The notes under the pieces are model-generated. The model did no database searches, was not told where the DNA came from, and worked only from the letters and a program-made list of their open reading frames with translations. Below, in pieces: positions 26,691-40,700 of a stretch of DNA of 64,000 bases (positions are counted from its first letter, which is position 1; each line of letters opens with the position of its first letter). Made by a program: the position numbers and the translations under genes. The stretch comes from Antedon mediterranea (Eukaryota; Animalia; Echinodermata): positions 19,716,001 through 19,780,000 of the forward strand of contig NC_092674.1 in assembly GCF_964355755.1 (NCBI RefSeq). The letters are read 5' to 3'.

Positions 26691-29489
26691 CAAAATGTAA
26701 TAACATTTTATGCAAAACAAAAACTACTTAAATGATAGCACTACATAATGCTTGATAAACTGCATTTAAAGTGCCTTATTTTCCATACAGTTAATATTCC
26801 TTTATTGTAAATACAGCCAATACTATTGCCATAAAAAAACTATATAAAAGCTATAAAAATCCAACTAAAGTTTTAAAACAATTTTGGTCACAGCCTTTTA
26901 GGTTGAATACCTTTTATTATGTTCTATTGTTTAGTATTAATCATAATTTGCCCTTTTTTGCATCTATACAAACCAACTTATAAACATTATAAGATCTTAT
27001 AAACCAAAGGCTATATATTTATTTAGCTTATCTAGGATTGTAGCTGAAGAGGTGTACCATCCAATATCATTATATGCCAACAACTGAATGTTGGTCAATT
27101 TGAAGCCACTTACCTTCCATACTTGTGCATGCTCCATACATGTGTCAAGAATGTTTGACCAGAGTGGCAACATTATGTGGGTCGCCTCTCTGTTGCATAG
27201 CTTGATACATAAATTTTGATTTAGATTGACCAACTAGTATTATACATAAATAATTTTGCATATTTTGACCAAAAATGCATCAAAATTTTTCTAGATTAGT
27301 TTAGATAAGGAGTAAAGACTTTGAATGAAGTGTACAAAGTAGACAAACTTTTATACAGTATGTTATTTATTAGTGCTTAAAATGAATTAATTAGATACAA
27401 TATTAAATAATAGTATTTAGCTTAATTTTCTAGTGATGTACATTTATGTTGTTTTCCATTTGTTTAACTACATATCCAACGTGTGTGTGTTTGCATTAAA
27501 ATATAGAAATATTTATGAATTATTTAACCACGTCTTCCTGTGTATAAGATCAGTAATCAAAGATAATTTTGATAGAATTGACATTGTGTATATTTAAACT
27601 TGTTTGTAGGTGCTATATGAATTTAAAAAAATGTCCTGTCATTAACTTTCACACCCTTGGTGACAAAGAACTTTGAACCCCTTAATGATTTAATGTAATG
27701 ATATTAATGCATCTTATTATTTCACTGGCTGTCAGTGGTATTGGATGCCATGATTTTTTTCATTCACTACCCATCAACGGTATAAATTGCATTTTTTTTA
27801 AAGCTATCTATCTGAATGGTGCTTTAAATATATTTATGACAAAAATGTGTGTTTTTTAGCTATATAAATGTTTACACTGCTTCTAGATAGTTTCACTGCT
27901 ATTTTTATTTGTTTATGCAGTTTCTAAATCTAAACTGCAAGTACCAACAACTTTTAGATTAATTTCCATTTGTAGTGAAGTATTAAATCAGTTTATTACA
28001 TTTATTTTAGTTCACATAAAATGTTCTTTTTACTTTTTATGTTCTTAAATATTCCTTCAAACTTGAAGATTATTGAAATAAGGTTTGAACAAAGTATTTA
28101 GAGGATGAAGTAAAGTTGAACATTCATTGTTTTAAAGGTTTTTTTTCAAATTGTATCAAGTCTTAATTTAACATTCAGTTAGTAATTCCCTTAATATTAT
28201 GAGTGTGTTTTAATGTAGAATTTAATCATGTATATATAATAGTGTGTATTTTCCATAGTAAATTAATGAAGAATGTAGTATTGTGATGAATGGTGAACTA
28301 TACAGTAAGTTATGTATTACTGTATTAATGATAATGTAAAGCTTGAACCAAATGACCTCAGGGGTTTTAGGTTATGCTGAACAATAGCCAACCGTACATA
28401 GAGATATCAAACTTGTATATTCTTCTTGTGAATTGATACACATTAGCAATGGCCAGCCATACCATACCATAGAGATATCAAATCTGTATATTGTACATTT
28501 ACAATAATATATTTTTGGTTGAATATTGTATATTCTTTCTTTTGAAAATTCATCTAAATTTAGTATTGCAATCCTTATATCTAATATACAATAATGTGTG
28601 TTACGACTAATTTCTTTTTATTTTTTTGTTAGTTTTATATAATTACCATTAAATTGCATATAAGATAAATAATTGTAGTTGTGTCTGATGCAGATTCAAA
28701 AGGTCAAAATGATGAATGTTTGAGAGCAATAGTACAAACAATTTCATGAGGTGAAATATGAAAGGTTATATTTTTACGTATAAAATTATTTGTTCCATTG
28801 CACAAAGATAACCATTTGAAAGGCATCACTCCAATTTTAGTATTGGAACCAAAGATGTATGAGTTACTAGCAGTTATATGAATTAGTTATATTGGTTTGA
28901 TCATTACCTACCAATGATATGGTGCCATTATTTGTTATTGATGCAAAATTCTGTTCTTCTAGTTGATCCAAAATGTATCAATGATATGAAAAAGTTATGT
29001 GCCGATTCATTAACTAACTATTAACAGTATGCATCCACCAGTTGAGCTATGATGACATCATGCATACTGAATAATTAAACCCAAATACCTTACAATCCAT
29101 CCACATTTCTTTATTTTCTTTGACTGTTAAACTGTAATGTGTTTGATCATGCATAATTGTACAATTCAATCCATAAACTTTATTTTCATATAAAATGATG
29201 TACTTATTATATTTTTCTACCATTATAAAATACCCAAATCTGAGCTTTAAATTTAACAAAACTGATTGAAAGTCTGTCGGATTTTCACAATGTTTTAATC
29301 TTCATTTTTTAGTTTAAAAAAATGTAAAACTGAGTAGTACTGATGGATATATCTATATAAACTACTATGATTATTGTTTTATTCATTTAGTTAACATTTA
29401 AATTTTGGGCCATCATCTTTTTAATTTGGACCATTATCAACAGTTTCAAACAATGACTGCTGGCATAGTTATATCTTTTGCTATATATT

Positions 29490-31790
29490 TCACAAGTTGT
29501 AAAAATCTCCTTCTCTCATTTGGTTTAAACCCATCTTATCTTCGTTAGGCCCTTCTTCGTTCGTACCATATCCTGTGATATAAACTGTTGGACTTTTCTT
29601 ACACTCTTTCATGTACTTTGAAACTTGGTCAAATGAAGCATGTTCATAACTTGAGGATGTTCGTGCATCTACAAGCACTGTTGGTGCCTGGAAAATGCTG
29701 TCATAAACATCTTTGTTGAAGCCAGAATCAGCAGAAAAGCCAAGGATACGCTTACCATTTTGATACAATGTGAAACCTGAGATAAAAGTATTGGTATTGT
29801 TGTTAAAAAAAATAATGTTTATGAGTTGAATGGATTTCACAAGTGAAACTGTTCTTTTCAATGAGGCAAACCTGAATTGAATGAAATGCCACACTAGTCT
29901 CAACAAATGAAATATTCTCCAAATTCATGATTATAAAACATTCATTTATACTGTGTGGGTTGTACCATTTATAACTGCTCTGGTGTTATGTTGTTACAAG
30001 TTTTGAACTTACCATAACAAACTTCACTATGTTGACTTTTGTGTGATATAATATGGAACTTTTCATCAATAGAAACATTTTGACCAGCCTTACAAACATG
30101 CCAAGTAACATACTTGGAAAATTGCTCCTAAATAGAAAAATTCATGAAGAAATATTTTTGCTATTTCTACGTTTCAGTGTTAGGTGCTGATAAAAATGAG
30201 AGTTCAAATTGTGAAAAATAGTAAAATGTGAGAGGAAATACATGTGGCTATTTTATCAAAACATTGTATCTTGTTTTCTGAAATTTACTTTTTGTATTCA
30301 ATATGTTGGCATGGTTACTGTGCTAAATGGCGATATTTTTAGAGCAACAGCCAATAGGAAAGAAAAGTTTTTGTTTTTGTCTTGGTGGCTCATAAGGTTT
30401 TGAACATTCCTGGAAAAATTCTTTGCATGTCATTTTGTATGTCTTCTGCTATTACAGAAATTATTTCCAGTGGATGCAGTAAATTACATTTTTAAATAAG
30501 TTTAAACATGTGGTATTATAAAACCGGCACACAAGCTTTTAAGTGTGTAATTCTGCTGCCTTAAGTACAAAAATTTATTCAGTAAATGCAAAATGTTAGT
30601 ATGCCTTTTATTCTCAAGATTTTACTAGAATAACCCATGTAGCCTACAGGTATTTCAGATATTCTTAATGCGTACCCTTGGAAATGCACTGTATATCTCA
30701 TCAAAGCGATGATCCATCAGCTTCTGTTGTACTTCTGGTCCACAGTATAAGTGAAACTCTGGTTTAAGATTTAGCTTTAACATTTCATCTAATGTGATAA
30801 TCAGGCCCAAAGCTAACTCAGCAGCATGGTCTGTGTGGTTGTGTGTAATGAAGATTCTCTTTGGCAACATGTTACCTGGAAGAAATTTATTGTTAGTTTA
30901 TTGTATTAAAAAACATTGCTATTTTATCGTTTACCATGGATAAATAAGAGAGAAGGATTTGTATTGATCTCAGATAATACATACAATTTCACTTTCTACC
31001 AGCATGTGGACCACCCACAATGTTACAGAATAGAAAACGTCTTTTATCAACACATGCACTGTTGATGACGGAAACTAATATATATATATATGTATTACAT
31101 AAAAGTTAAAGTAGGTTTCTTGAAAACAAATAATTATTATTTTTTGCATGAGCATTATGTACAGCTTTTGCATAAAGTAGTTTACTGATTTCTAGATAGC
31201 TATTTTCAATCAATTTGTGGTATACTCTATAACAGTACAGGATAAAAGCCAACAAACCAATTTTCTCTCTGTAAGACTGAATCACGCCGAGTCCAACATC
31301 AACCAAAAACATAGGTTCTCCTTTTCGCAGAAGTACATATGATGAACTTGGGTCTCCATTTAACACAGCTAAAATACAAACAATAATACTAATAATAATA
31401 ATAATAATTATACTGTATATCATATTTCTGTTCTTTTCCATAAATATATAAAAGTGATGATCTGATTACATTTGAATGGTAGTTTATCAAAACATAATAA
31501 TGTTTGTTGTAAAATTGAAAATAAAATGTAGTAGTCTTTATTTATTCAATTATATTCTAAAATGAAAATATATATTCTATAATAGCTGCTCATATCAACC
31601 ATCTTCATTTGGGAAGGAGTAGTATCATAAATTAGCATGTCATATATATTTGTGTACCACTAAATGAGCATATTTGAATTAACATCAACTCTACTTTAAC
31701 ACTTCTTACACACTAATTTATTATTGAATCATAGACCTACTTGTCGCTCCCTTTCCAGTTCCAAGGCAGAGCAACTGCACATCAGCCTCC
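29490..31790 (-). other. Metallo-beta-lactamase fold hydrolase domain (RNase Z / cyclic-nucleotide phosphodiesterase-like)
   Basis: LGTG start, D of motif I, HxHxDH, His and Asp of motifs III/IV, HAS motif; the usual final His position reads YITGYG. Confidence 0.88.
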
Positions 31791-34700
31791 TCATCTTTAA
31801 TTGATTTTCCAGCTAGTATAGCCAACGCCTTCTCTGCAGTCGCCCGTACTGAATGGGGCTTCAAACAAGCTTTTAACATGGCTACCATATTTTCACCATG
31901 TTTTTCACAACTATTCTGGAAAATAAGTTGCATATAAATTCCAAATCTAGGTCTTCAGTTTAATCTTAATTTCAAAATCAAGGACACACAATAAAAGTTG
32001 CGAAGACGCATATTAAATCTAGATTTTCATAGCCACCAAAATTAAAAGTAATTCAGCACTATAAACATACAGACATCAAGTTTCTGCATACATAATTGAT
32101 TGCATGAATTTCCTGTGTTACATTATACACAGTAGTATATTACTTACAGGTAGAGCAGGTGCATATGATTGGTCAGTAGCCTTTTTCTCAAAGACGATAT
32201 TTGCGTTGAAATAATCTTCAAATACATATCGTCCCTCAATTGCTTCTATCAGCAAAAGTGCTTAATTAAATAAAATATAAATAGAACAGTAATAATTATT
32301 TTTCAAAAATACATTGCGTGGGCGAGGCATGACAATTTAATTTCGGAAGGATCAACTTTTAGACATATACTGTATACTTTTAGTCTTACTTCAAATTTTT
32401 TATTGTTTATTTATTTATTATTTATTTTTTTTTTTTATTGTTTTTGTCTGCGTCAGTAATAGGTACGCCCTCCACAAGATGTGTTTTTCATCTTTCTGGG
32501 CTTGTACCTTCTTCTTTCGAAATTTGTGTATATATTGTTCATTGAAATCAATTTTGTATATGAAAGGAGAAAATAAATGTTGCTTTGAATTGAATTGAAT
32601 TGAATTCACTTAGGCACTATGAGGCCACTTTAGAAAAAGACAGTTAACACTATAATATTTTTGGATTTATCTCTAAATAGGTTATCAAAAAACAATTACG
32701 GTAAATCTTCTAATAGTAACCCACATTCTAATAGTAAACCCCTTCTAATAGTAACCCACCTTATAAGTCAATCTATAATAATAACCCACTACTCTAATAG
32801 TAACCCACCTTATAAGTCAATCTATAATAATAACCCACTACTCTAATAGTAACCCATGGGAGTTACTATTAGAGTCACAAAAACTTGATGCAGCCGTATT
32901 TTGAAAATAAGGAGATAATGCATGTTGATCTCGGGAGTGAGTGTTTCTGAGTTTATAAAATAAAGTTCAACCAAATTTGTTTATTCGTACTGTTTTATTA
33001 TTTATGAGTTGCTGACCAGAAGTTGGGGGTGGGTTACTATTTTCAGGTGCCTAATTTAAGATTAGTAACAGTAACCCACTCTAATAGTAACTCCCCTTCT
33101 AATAGTAACTCCCCTTCTAATAGTAACCCCCCTTCTAATAGTAACCCACCCTAAAAAACAATTAAAGAATAATAACCCAGGGTTACAATTAAAAGATTTA
33201 CGGTATTGTTTAGAACTTCTCCTTTTCCCGGCTACAAAATACAAAACACCAGTACCCACCATAGCTATAGACATCTGCTTTAAATGAGTTTATATATACT
33301 AAAGGTAAAAAAGGTAAAAGTTAAAACAACACAAAGAGAATGTCGAAAGATAGTTCTATAGGAAAAAATATGGCAAACTAAAAGTGGGTTTTCAAAATTC
33401 TTAACATTTGAGATGAACCTAAAGTGATATGGACACTGTGTTATAGTATAATTTTATTTATTGAACGTTTTTAATTCCCACAGAAAACCCCTAATTGTGG
33501 TAGCAAATCTTTGAACTTACTCTAGAGATTTAGCTTCTTTTTTGAAAGCTTCAATTATATCTTGCTGTTCACCTTGTAACTCTTTGAGCATCTTCAAGGC
33601 AAACACCTTTCCTTCTCTGTCTGTTACTTTGTAAACTTCTCCAAATGATCCTTTTCCAAGAAGTTTCATAGATTTTGTATCGTATTCGTCACTACTTGAC
33701 AGAATCTGCACATCATGTAAACTTAATAATTTTTCACGAACTGCATCCTGTAAAAAAACAAAATTAAAACCAGTTAATATACAGGCTTTTGTTTTCACCT
33801 AAACAATGTTAATGACAGTAGAAAAGGTAAATAAAAATTATTAATTGGGAACTTGTGTTACCTCTAAAACATGTTCAACATTGTCACATTTGATGACAAG
33901 GGTCAGTAATCGGAGAAGTGAGTTGTCAGAATCCCAACCAACTGAAACACTTGTGTCATATGTGTTCCTCCGTTTGGCAACTTCTTCCCCATTGATAACA
34001 ATAAGATGAGTAGTGACCTTCTTTGAACTTGTTGTAGCAGTATCTGCATAGCAAATTGCTTCATTTACACCACCTGAAGGAACAAAAAGATCCCTTAAAG
34101 AAATTTGATGTTTCAGGAATTTCAATTAGGGAACAAAAATGTTTGGTCACATAATAATTATTCACTTTGACCAAAACTTGGATTTAAAACAAGAATTATT
34201 TACCTAAAAAACTGTAATTTAAAGCAAAAACTAGTAAAATTGCCTGCCAGCCAATGGGTTTCAGTGGAATTTTATCCTTTCATTTTGTCTCTTTTTATAT
34301 TTTTTTTAACAGAAATGATTAACTTTAATAAATCTACAAAAATTCAAAGTCTGATTTTAATCTTCATTATTCATGTTTTTTGGGGGAATAATACATCTTA
34401 CATAATTATATATTAAATTACATTTCTAGAAAAACATGTCAGTCAGGATTAGCAGACAAGTTGTTGTTATCAAAACATTATAAATACTATGTGTGTAGGC
34501 CCTAAAATTGTTAATAAAAAAAATCAATGAGGACACATGGTAATAAAGCGTGGTTCCCACTAGCGACGCAACACAGGGACGTAATGCAACGCAAGTGAAT
34601 TGACCAATCACAAGCGATGGCTTATTCGCTATTTGCTAACTGTCTATAACTTCGCTTGTCATTGGTTAAAACGCTTGCGTTACGTAGTTTACGTCCTTGC

Positions 34701-37700
34701 GTTACGTTCTAGTAGAAACCAAGCTTAAAAGTGAAAGGAGTTTATATAGGCTACTATAATGATAATTGTAGTTAAACACAAACCTTTTAATTTAATGTAC
34801 GCGAAAGTGTCGTCTTTCAACCGCTTGTAAGCCTCTGTTCCAATTTCCGCATCAACTATGACCAACTCCAAAGAATTCTTAGTTTTAAGGACAGACTTGG
34901 ATTGGAGTATGACCTCTGCATATTTTCTCAAGGCCATACAACGTTTGTCTTTATCTGGTTGGTGTTCCAATTCCTCAACAACAGCTTGGTAAAGGAATGT
35001 CGCAACTACAGGTGTTTTTCCTAATTCAATTACCTAAAGAAACAATTAGCTTGTTGTTTATTGTTAATTTTTTAATGTATTCAATTGAAAATAATAATGT
35101 TCAAAAAAATGCTTTTTGCTCCTCAAGATTAGTAAATTATTGCTACTATACAGGGGCGGATCCAGCATGTTGGAATAGAGTGGGGGAGGGAGGGGGGGCA
35201 GGTCAGACAGCAAGTACAAAATTTGCTTCGCCACAGCCCCCGCAGCAATCAGCAAATCAGTAATAGTAATTTACAGGCAGTAAAAACACAGACATTGTCG
35301 ACAGTGTTTTGTTTTGCGTTCAATGCAATAATGCTGTACATGGTTAAGGCGATAGGTATATGAAGCTATACCACCCCAACCAGCCTCAGACAAAAAAGCA
35401 CTTGGCATACCAGGAACTAATTTGGCGTAGGAAAAACACCAGGCCTGGCTGCCAACCACCCCCTACTCCCCCACCCTTGGATTCACACCTGTTATACTTA
35501 TTAAGAACTGACGTGAAGCAAACATTACTATAAAATCAGATTTTAAAAAGGATCATTTTGATCCCTAATGTTTTTCTTGAATAACTAAAATAAATATCAA
35601 ATGTAACACTAAAAAGTTGATACATCAGTAGCAATTCAGTAATTTTTTTTTAAAAGACACTTGCATTTAATAGATTTCTTCTTCTACCCTTCATAGCATC
35701 CATTGCTGCTTCAATTTGCTTCTCTTGGCTTTCTCCTAAAACCCACAAGTGAAACAACCATTACAGAGATTTTCATAAAAAATGTAAAGAAATAATAATA
35801 TGACATTGGCAAGACGTTATTCATTGACTGCAAAAGAATAATTTACCTAATAGTTTAAGTACAGTAGAAAGAAAGAAGCACTGAAAGGACATTATGATTA
35901 AACAAGTCAGGCTGAAGCTATTTTTTCTTCAATCATATAACAATTCATTCAGTTATTACTTCTTCTTTGCTAAACTTTCAACAACAAAAAAGTTATCAAC
36001 TTTTTAAACTTCTGGTTAGTCAATTAAAAAAAAATCTTGTTATTTACCAAAAGGATCATTACGAAAAATTCTTTCTAATGAAGGTTTGGATTCCTTTTCA
36101 AGTAATTCTAGTGTAGTCAGTGCGTTAGTTACTTTTGTTGTATGGAAATGAATTTCTGTTGCAGTTTTCTCCAGAAGAAGTTGTTGAGTTAAATAGTTCT
36201 CACGTTGAGTTGGCAAAAATGAGATCTCACGAATCTAAGAACACAAAATACAAATCTTCTATAAAAGTAGCAGAATAAATGTTTTGGAAAGTAAGCACTT
36301 ATTTATGGAATACTAATAGAGGCATGCTGTTGCCATGAAAAAAATTAACATAAAAGATGGTGGAGATCATGCAGCATGTTATGGATAAAACTCCTGTAGA
36401 TATAGAAGTAGAGCAAATTTCATTTGTGACAACCTCAAAGGTGTATCAAAGAATTGAGTGAGAAAGCACATCCAATGCTGTTATAAATATACAAAATAAA
36501 CTCAAATTTAATATTGATACAAAGGTCAACAGACACAGGTAGATGCTAACCTCTCCAGGGGTAATTTCAGATATTTCTCTGATGACATCCCCACTTTTTA
36601 AATGCAGCACAAATTCCCATAACTCCATATCTGCCATTAATGTTGTAAGTTGACCTTCTTGTTCAATTTCATTTTTATTGCTTTTCAAAAAACAAAAATG
36701 TTCTTTCTAAAAATAAAAATAATTTAAATGATCAATTTCTAATATCCTTTTTGCAGTACATAGGTTACAACTTTATAATAAACTGTATTTAACTAACACA
36801 GTGAAACCTTTCAGTTAAAAATGAGGGTATAACATGCGCATTAACAATGTTTATGTCTGTCACCCCCAAACTTGACCCAATATTGTATTGCTAAAACTTA
36901 CAGATGATGGTGTCACAAATCGCTGAATGAAGTTTTTGTACAGACTGTGTTTAGTATCACAACCAAGAAACAGAACATTTCTGCTGTTGAAAATGTTTGT
37001 AAGTTTGGCTGTCAGTCTGTTCTCCTCCTGGTGCAGCAACTCAAATTGTTTTCTTGATTCATCCTATTTATGTTAAAGTATTTTAAGTAAAAATTAAATT
37101 AATTCACCATTGACAATATTTGTAAAGAAATATGATGTGGAAATGATAATTCAATAAAAAAGCATTAACTTTGTATACATACTGTCACAAACATAGAATA
37201 ACTTTTGTCCCCAAACAACTTAACAATGACCTGCCGGTCAAGATTGTTAACTTCTGGCAATCTTGCAACCTATAAATTAAAAATAGCAAATATCTAACTA
37301 TATATCTCAAAAGAAAATAATTCAAGGATATTTCAATTAAATACAAATAAATACATGTTTCTATATTTCAAAACTAGAAGTTTAAAAAAAGTGACAGTGA
37401 ATATATTATTTTAAGAAAATTTTATTTTCAATTATCTAATCTAAAGCCGGGAGAACTTTAACCACATACTGTATGTTATGTGCAATCTGAACAAGGATTT
37501 CCTTTTTAGAAAGATACCAATATAAGGATTTTGTTGTGCAAAAATACTTAATTCATATTGGGCAGGAAATTTCAAATTGGGCAGGAAATTTCAAATTGCG
37601 CAAGTACTGTATTTTGAGTATTTGATCCCAAAGCTTACTTTTTAATATCCAAATCAATAAATATTGCAAGTAATAATATTTATTAATAATTACTTATAGA

Positions 37701-40700
37701 ATAAAATGTTAAAAATATAAAGAATAAACAATTTTTGTTATGTTTTAATAAGAGAGACAAAAAATTGAATGGAAAATTAGGCCTACTTTCAGAGAGGCTG
37801 TGATCCTCTCGCCCTCTTGCCGCTGCGTGGATGTTATGATGAACTAATATTGCGTTGGTATTTTATGCCAATATGAATGTGGGGCTTCCCCTTTTTATGC
37901 CTACTAAGTTTCAAGATTAAAAACATTTTATTGGTCTACTTAAAATGGAAATTCATTTTTTTTAGCATTTAAGACAATAAAACATTACAAAGAAAAATCT
38001 CAAATTACAAACATGCTATAGGCCTAGGCCAATGTTAAAATAATGTTAATTAGGCCAATGTTAAAATACTTATCACAATATTTTTTTGTTTGTTCAAATT
38101 GCGCAGCGCAATTTGAAATTTCGCAAGGCAAATATCTGTGCAATTCAAATTGCGCAAAAAAATTCTTGCGCAAATCGTTCAAATTGCGCATAACATGTTT
38201 TATCCCATAAGAGGTAAACACGAGGCCTACTAAGTTGTTAGTGACAAGGGGTAGCACACCTTTTCCACAATTTTTTTATTTTTTATCATTATCTTCACTC
38301 TCGTGTCTTGTAATGTATAGCATTTGCAGCAAATATTAAATCAAACCTTGATCATTACCTGTTCCAATGTAATTTTATCTCCATCTGTTCCAGATTTCCA
38401 CAAAAAGTGCTCCAATAATTCATCAATATTTGTGGTGAAAATGATAGGAACTTTACCAAGCATGCGAATGGCACCATGGAAACGAGATTGCCGAGCTTCT
38501 GGAGCATTGTCTCTGATGTAACGATTTTCAAGATCAGAAATCTTCTCTCTTGTCAACTATAAGGTCAACATTATTGTTAGCGCACTGTCAATCAACCTGG
38601 CCAATTTTAATCTTTAACTAGATTTGAAATCGTCACTTTGACGAGTTCGGGTTATCCGTGCAAACGCAACATGCAATTACGTTAAAATATCAACGGCAAC
38701 AATTATGCCATCCTATGAAATGAATTAAATATATTGACAGTGCTGAATTGTACCTATTTTGTGTCATAAAGCATAACAGTATTTACGAAATACACTGTAT
38801 ATGTTATATACAGTGTAGACTTGCCCCAAGTCTGTATTATCTTTTTTTTTTATTTATTTGTTTTTATTTCGACCGCGATTTTTGTCTGAAAATACAGACT
38901 TGTGAAACACGTATAGAAATCGATTTGCAGGCCGCAAACATACCATAAGAATGACGTAGGTTATCATACCGTATTTGGCTATATGGGGCGGGCGGTATGT
39001 AAATATGGATTTCGAATCAACCAATTATCATTTTTTTTCAAAATGAAAGAGATCGAGTACGTAGGCCTACCAGTGCTTAATGTACGATCGAGACTGTTGA
39101 AATATAAAATAGTAATGCCAAGTTGTTTTGTTAATTAATTGTTTAGTCCTTGGCCTAGGCCTCTTTCCTAGGTCCTACTCAACTCGCACGTATGACCTGC
39201 CAAATAAAACGCCAATGAAGTAGGCCTACATACCACCGGCACACAACAGGGCTACACCACCACACAGAACAGGACAGGGCCGGGTCTGGGTGGGAATTAA
39301 ATCAAAATTATCTCCGCGTAATAAATGATCCATTCAATGTTTGATTTGCGGAGAAGCTAGCCTATCAAGTATCATATATCAAGACGAGTTTTCATGTTTC
39401 AAAGATCCCATCAAATGTTTACCAGACTACTAGGCATATAAAATAATTTCTAGCCTTCAGAACTTTCATAAATGTACCCAAGTACACATTGTCTAAACGT
39501 AACGGCGCATGCGCATCATCTTAGTTGTTGAGTCTTTGAAATTCTTAAATATGAATATTTAAACGGTGTACGAGAGAGTAGCCAATCGCATGCAGCTGAA
39601 ACTAGTCAACCGGATAATCGTATGCACCAAGAATTCTTGGTGTCAAACCACGTGACTTGTGCGTGTTTCCCCAGACGGAGTATCCAAAATCAAGTAGTAT
39701 ACGTATGAAACGCCATATGTGCCAAAATATTTATCTTTTAACTAATATTAAGACAAAACTCCGTCTGGAACCCAGACTATATACAGTGTAGCATAGATGA
39801 AATTACGAGACCCATCTTTTAATCCAATTTTTAACATGATGTCATCAAAATGAAACACGTCGATAGCAATTTTGGAAGGAAATTATCGGAGCAACAACAT
39901 ATCAACATGTTGAAGAAATTTGGATACGTAAAATATGGAAGCGCGCTCTTTTAAATGTCATGAACTATGAAGCAAAATATGAAATTACTTTTATAATTGA
40001 ACTGGCCATATGATGACGTCACAACATCCGATGCGAATAATTTGTACATGAATTCGTATCTACAATTCAACAGCTTCCAGAAAATGACTTAATCATGAGT
40101 ATCACTTTTTATTCTGAGGAGCTATAGCATATTGAAATTGATTGGAAAGATGAAAATAAGTGACAGGATGACGTCATAAAAATTTTAAAAACGGTATATC
40201 ATGCGAAAGATAATTGATTGACCTAGACAATATCAAAATATGGGGGGAAATGGAATACGGATAAGTGGAGATGTGCTCAGACTATTAAATGTGATGAGCT
40301 ATGACGAAAGAGACAAAAATCCTATATTTTATATTTGAATAGCCATACGATGACTTCACAATGTCTGGTTAGCCATAATAATGCATGATCCGATATCTAC
40401 AACTTAACAACTTCCAGAATGTGTAATAAAAATAAACTTCACCATGTACTAGAATCTATGACTGTTTAAAAAAAGGCCTAATTTTGACAATTTTTGGAAC
40501 TTCTTCTTAAAAAACACGTGCGAATTGTCCAATTCGAAGTGTTCGTATGACGTGATTATAAGTCGAAATTGTTTAAAAGTTGGTAAAATTACTAGAAAAG
40601 GCTAGAAAAAAAAAAATTCATGCTAAAAACGTTAAAAAAAAAAAAAAAATTTGCATGCGCGTGGAAATTTGTATATGCTTAAAATGACATGAAATGCGTA

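Larger units (their letters stand above)
31820..33747 (-). other. Protein kinase remnant: subdomains I-III and IX-XI present, IV-VIII absent
   Basis: GKGSFG, ALK and alphaC Glu in exon 33747-33521; DVYSYA in exon 33298-33260. No HRD/DFG/APE coding sequence is visible in the 222 bp between them. Confidence 0.8.

Noticed and set aside
26690-29490. Short ORFs between the convergent PINCH and fusion-gene stops
   Set aside because: AT-rich 3' UTR/intergenic sequence with no splice or motif support.
29490-31790. Calling the MBL region ELAC2/RNase Z or bacterial contamination
   Set aside because: It is split by spliceosomal introns, joined in one exon to kinase subdomain XI, and lacks a recognisable RNase Z exosite and HEAT motif.
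33521-33747. Assigning the kinase to a named family (e.g. IRAK, RIPK, MAP3K)
   Set aside because: Diagnostic subdomains VI-VIII are absent; no family can be supported.
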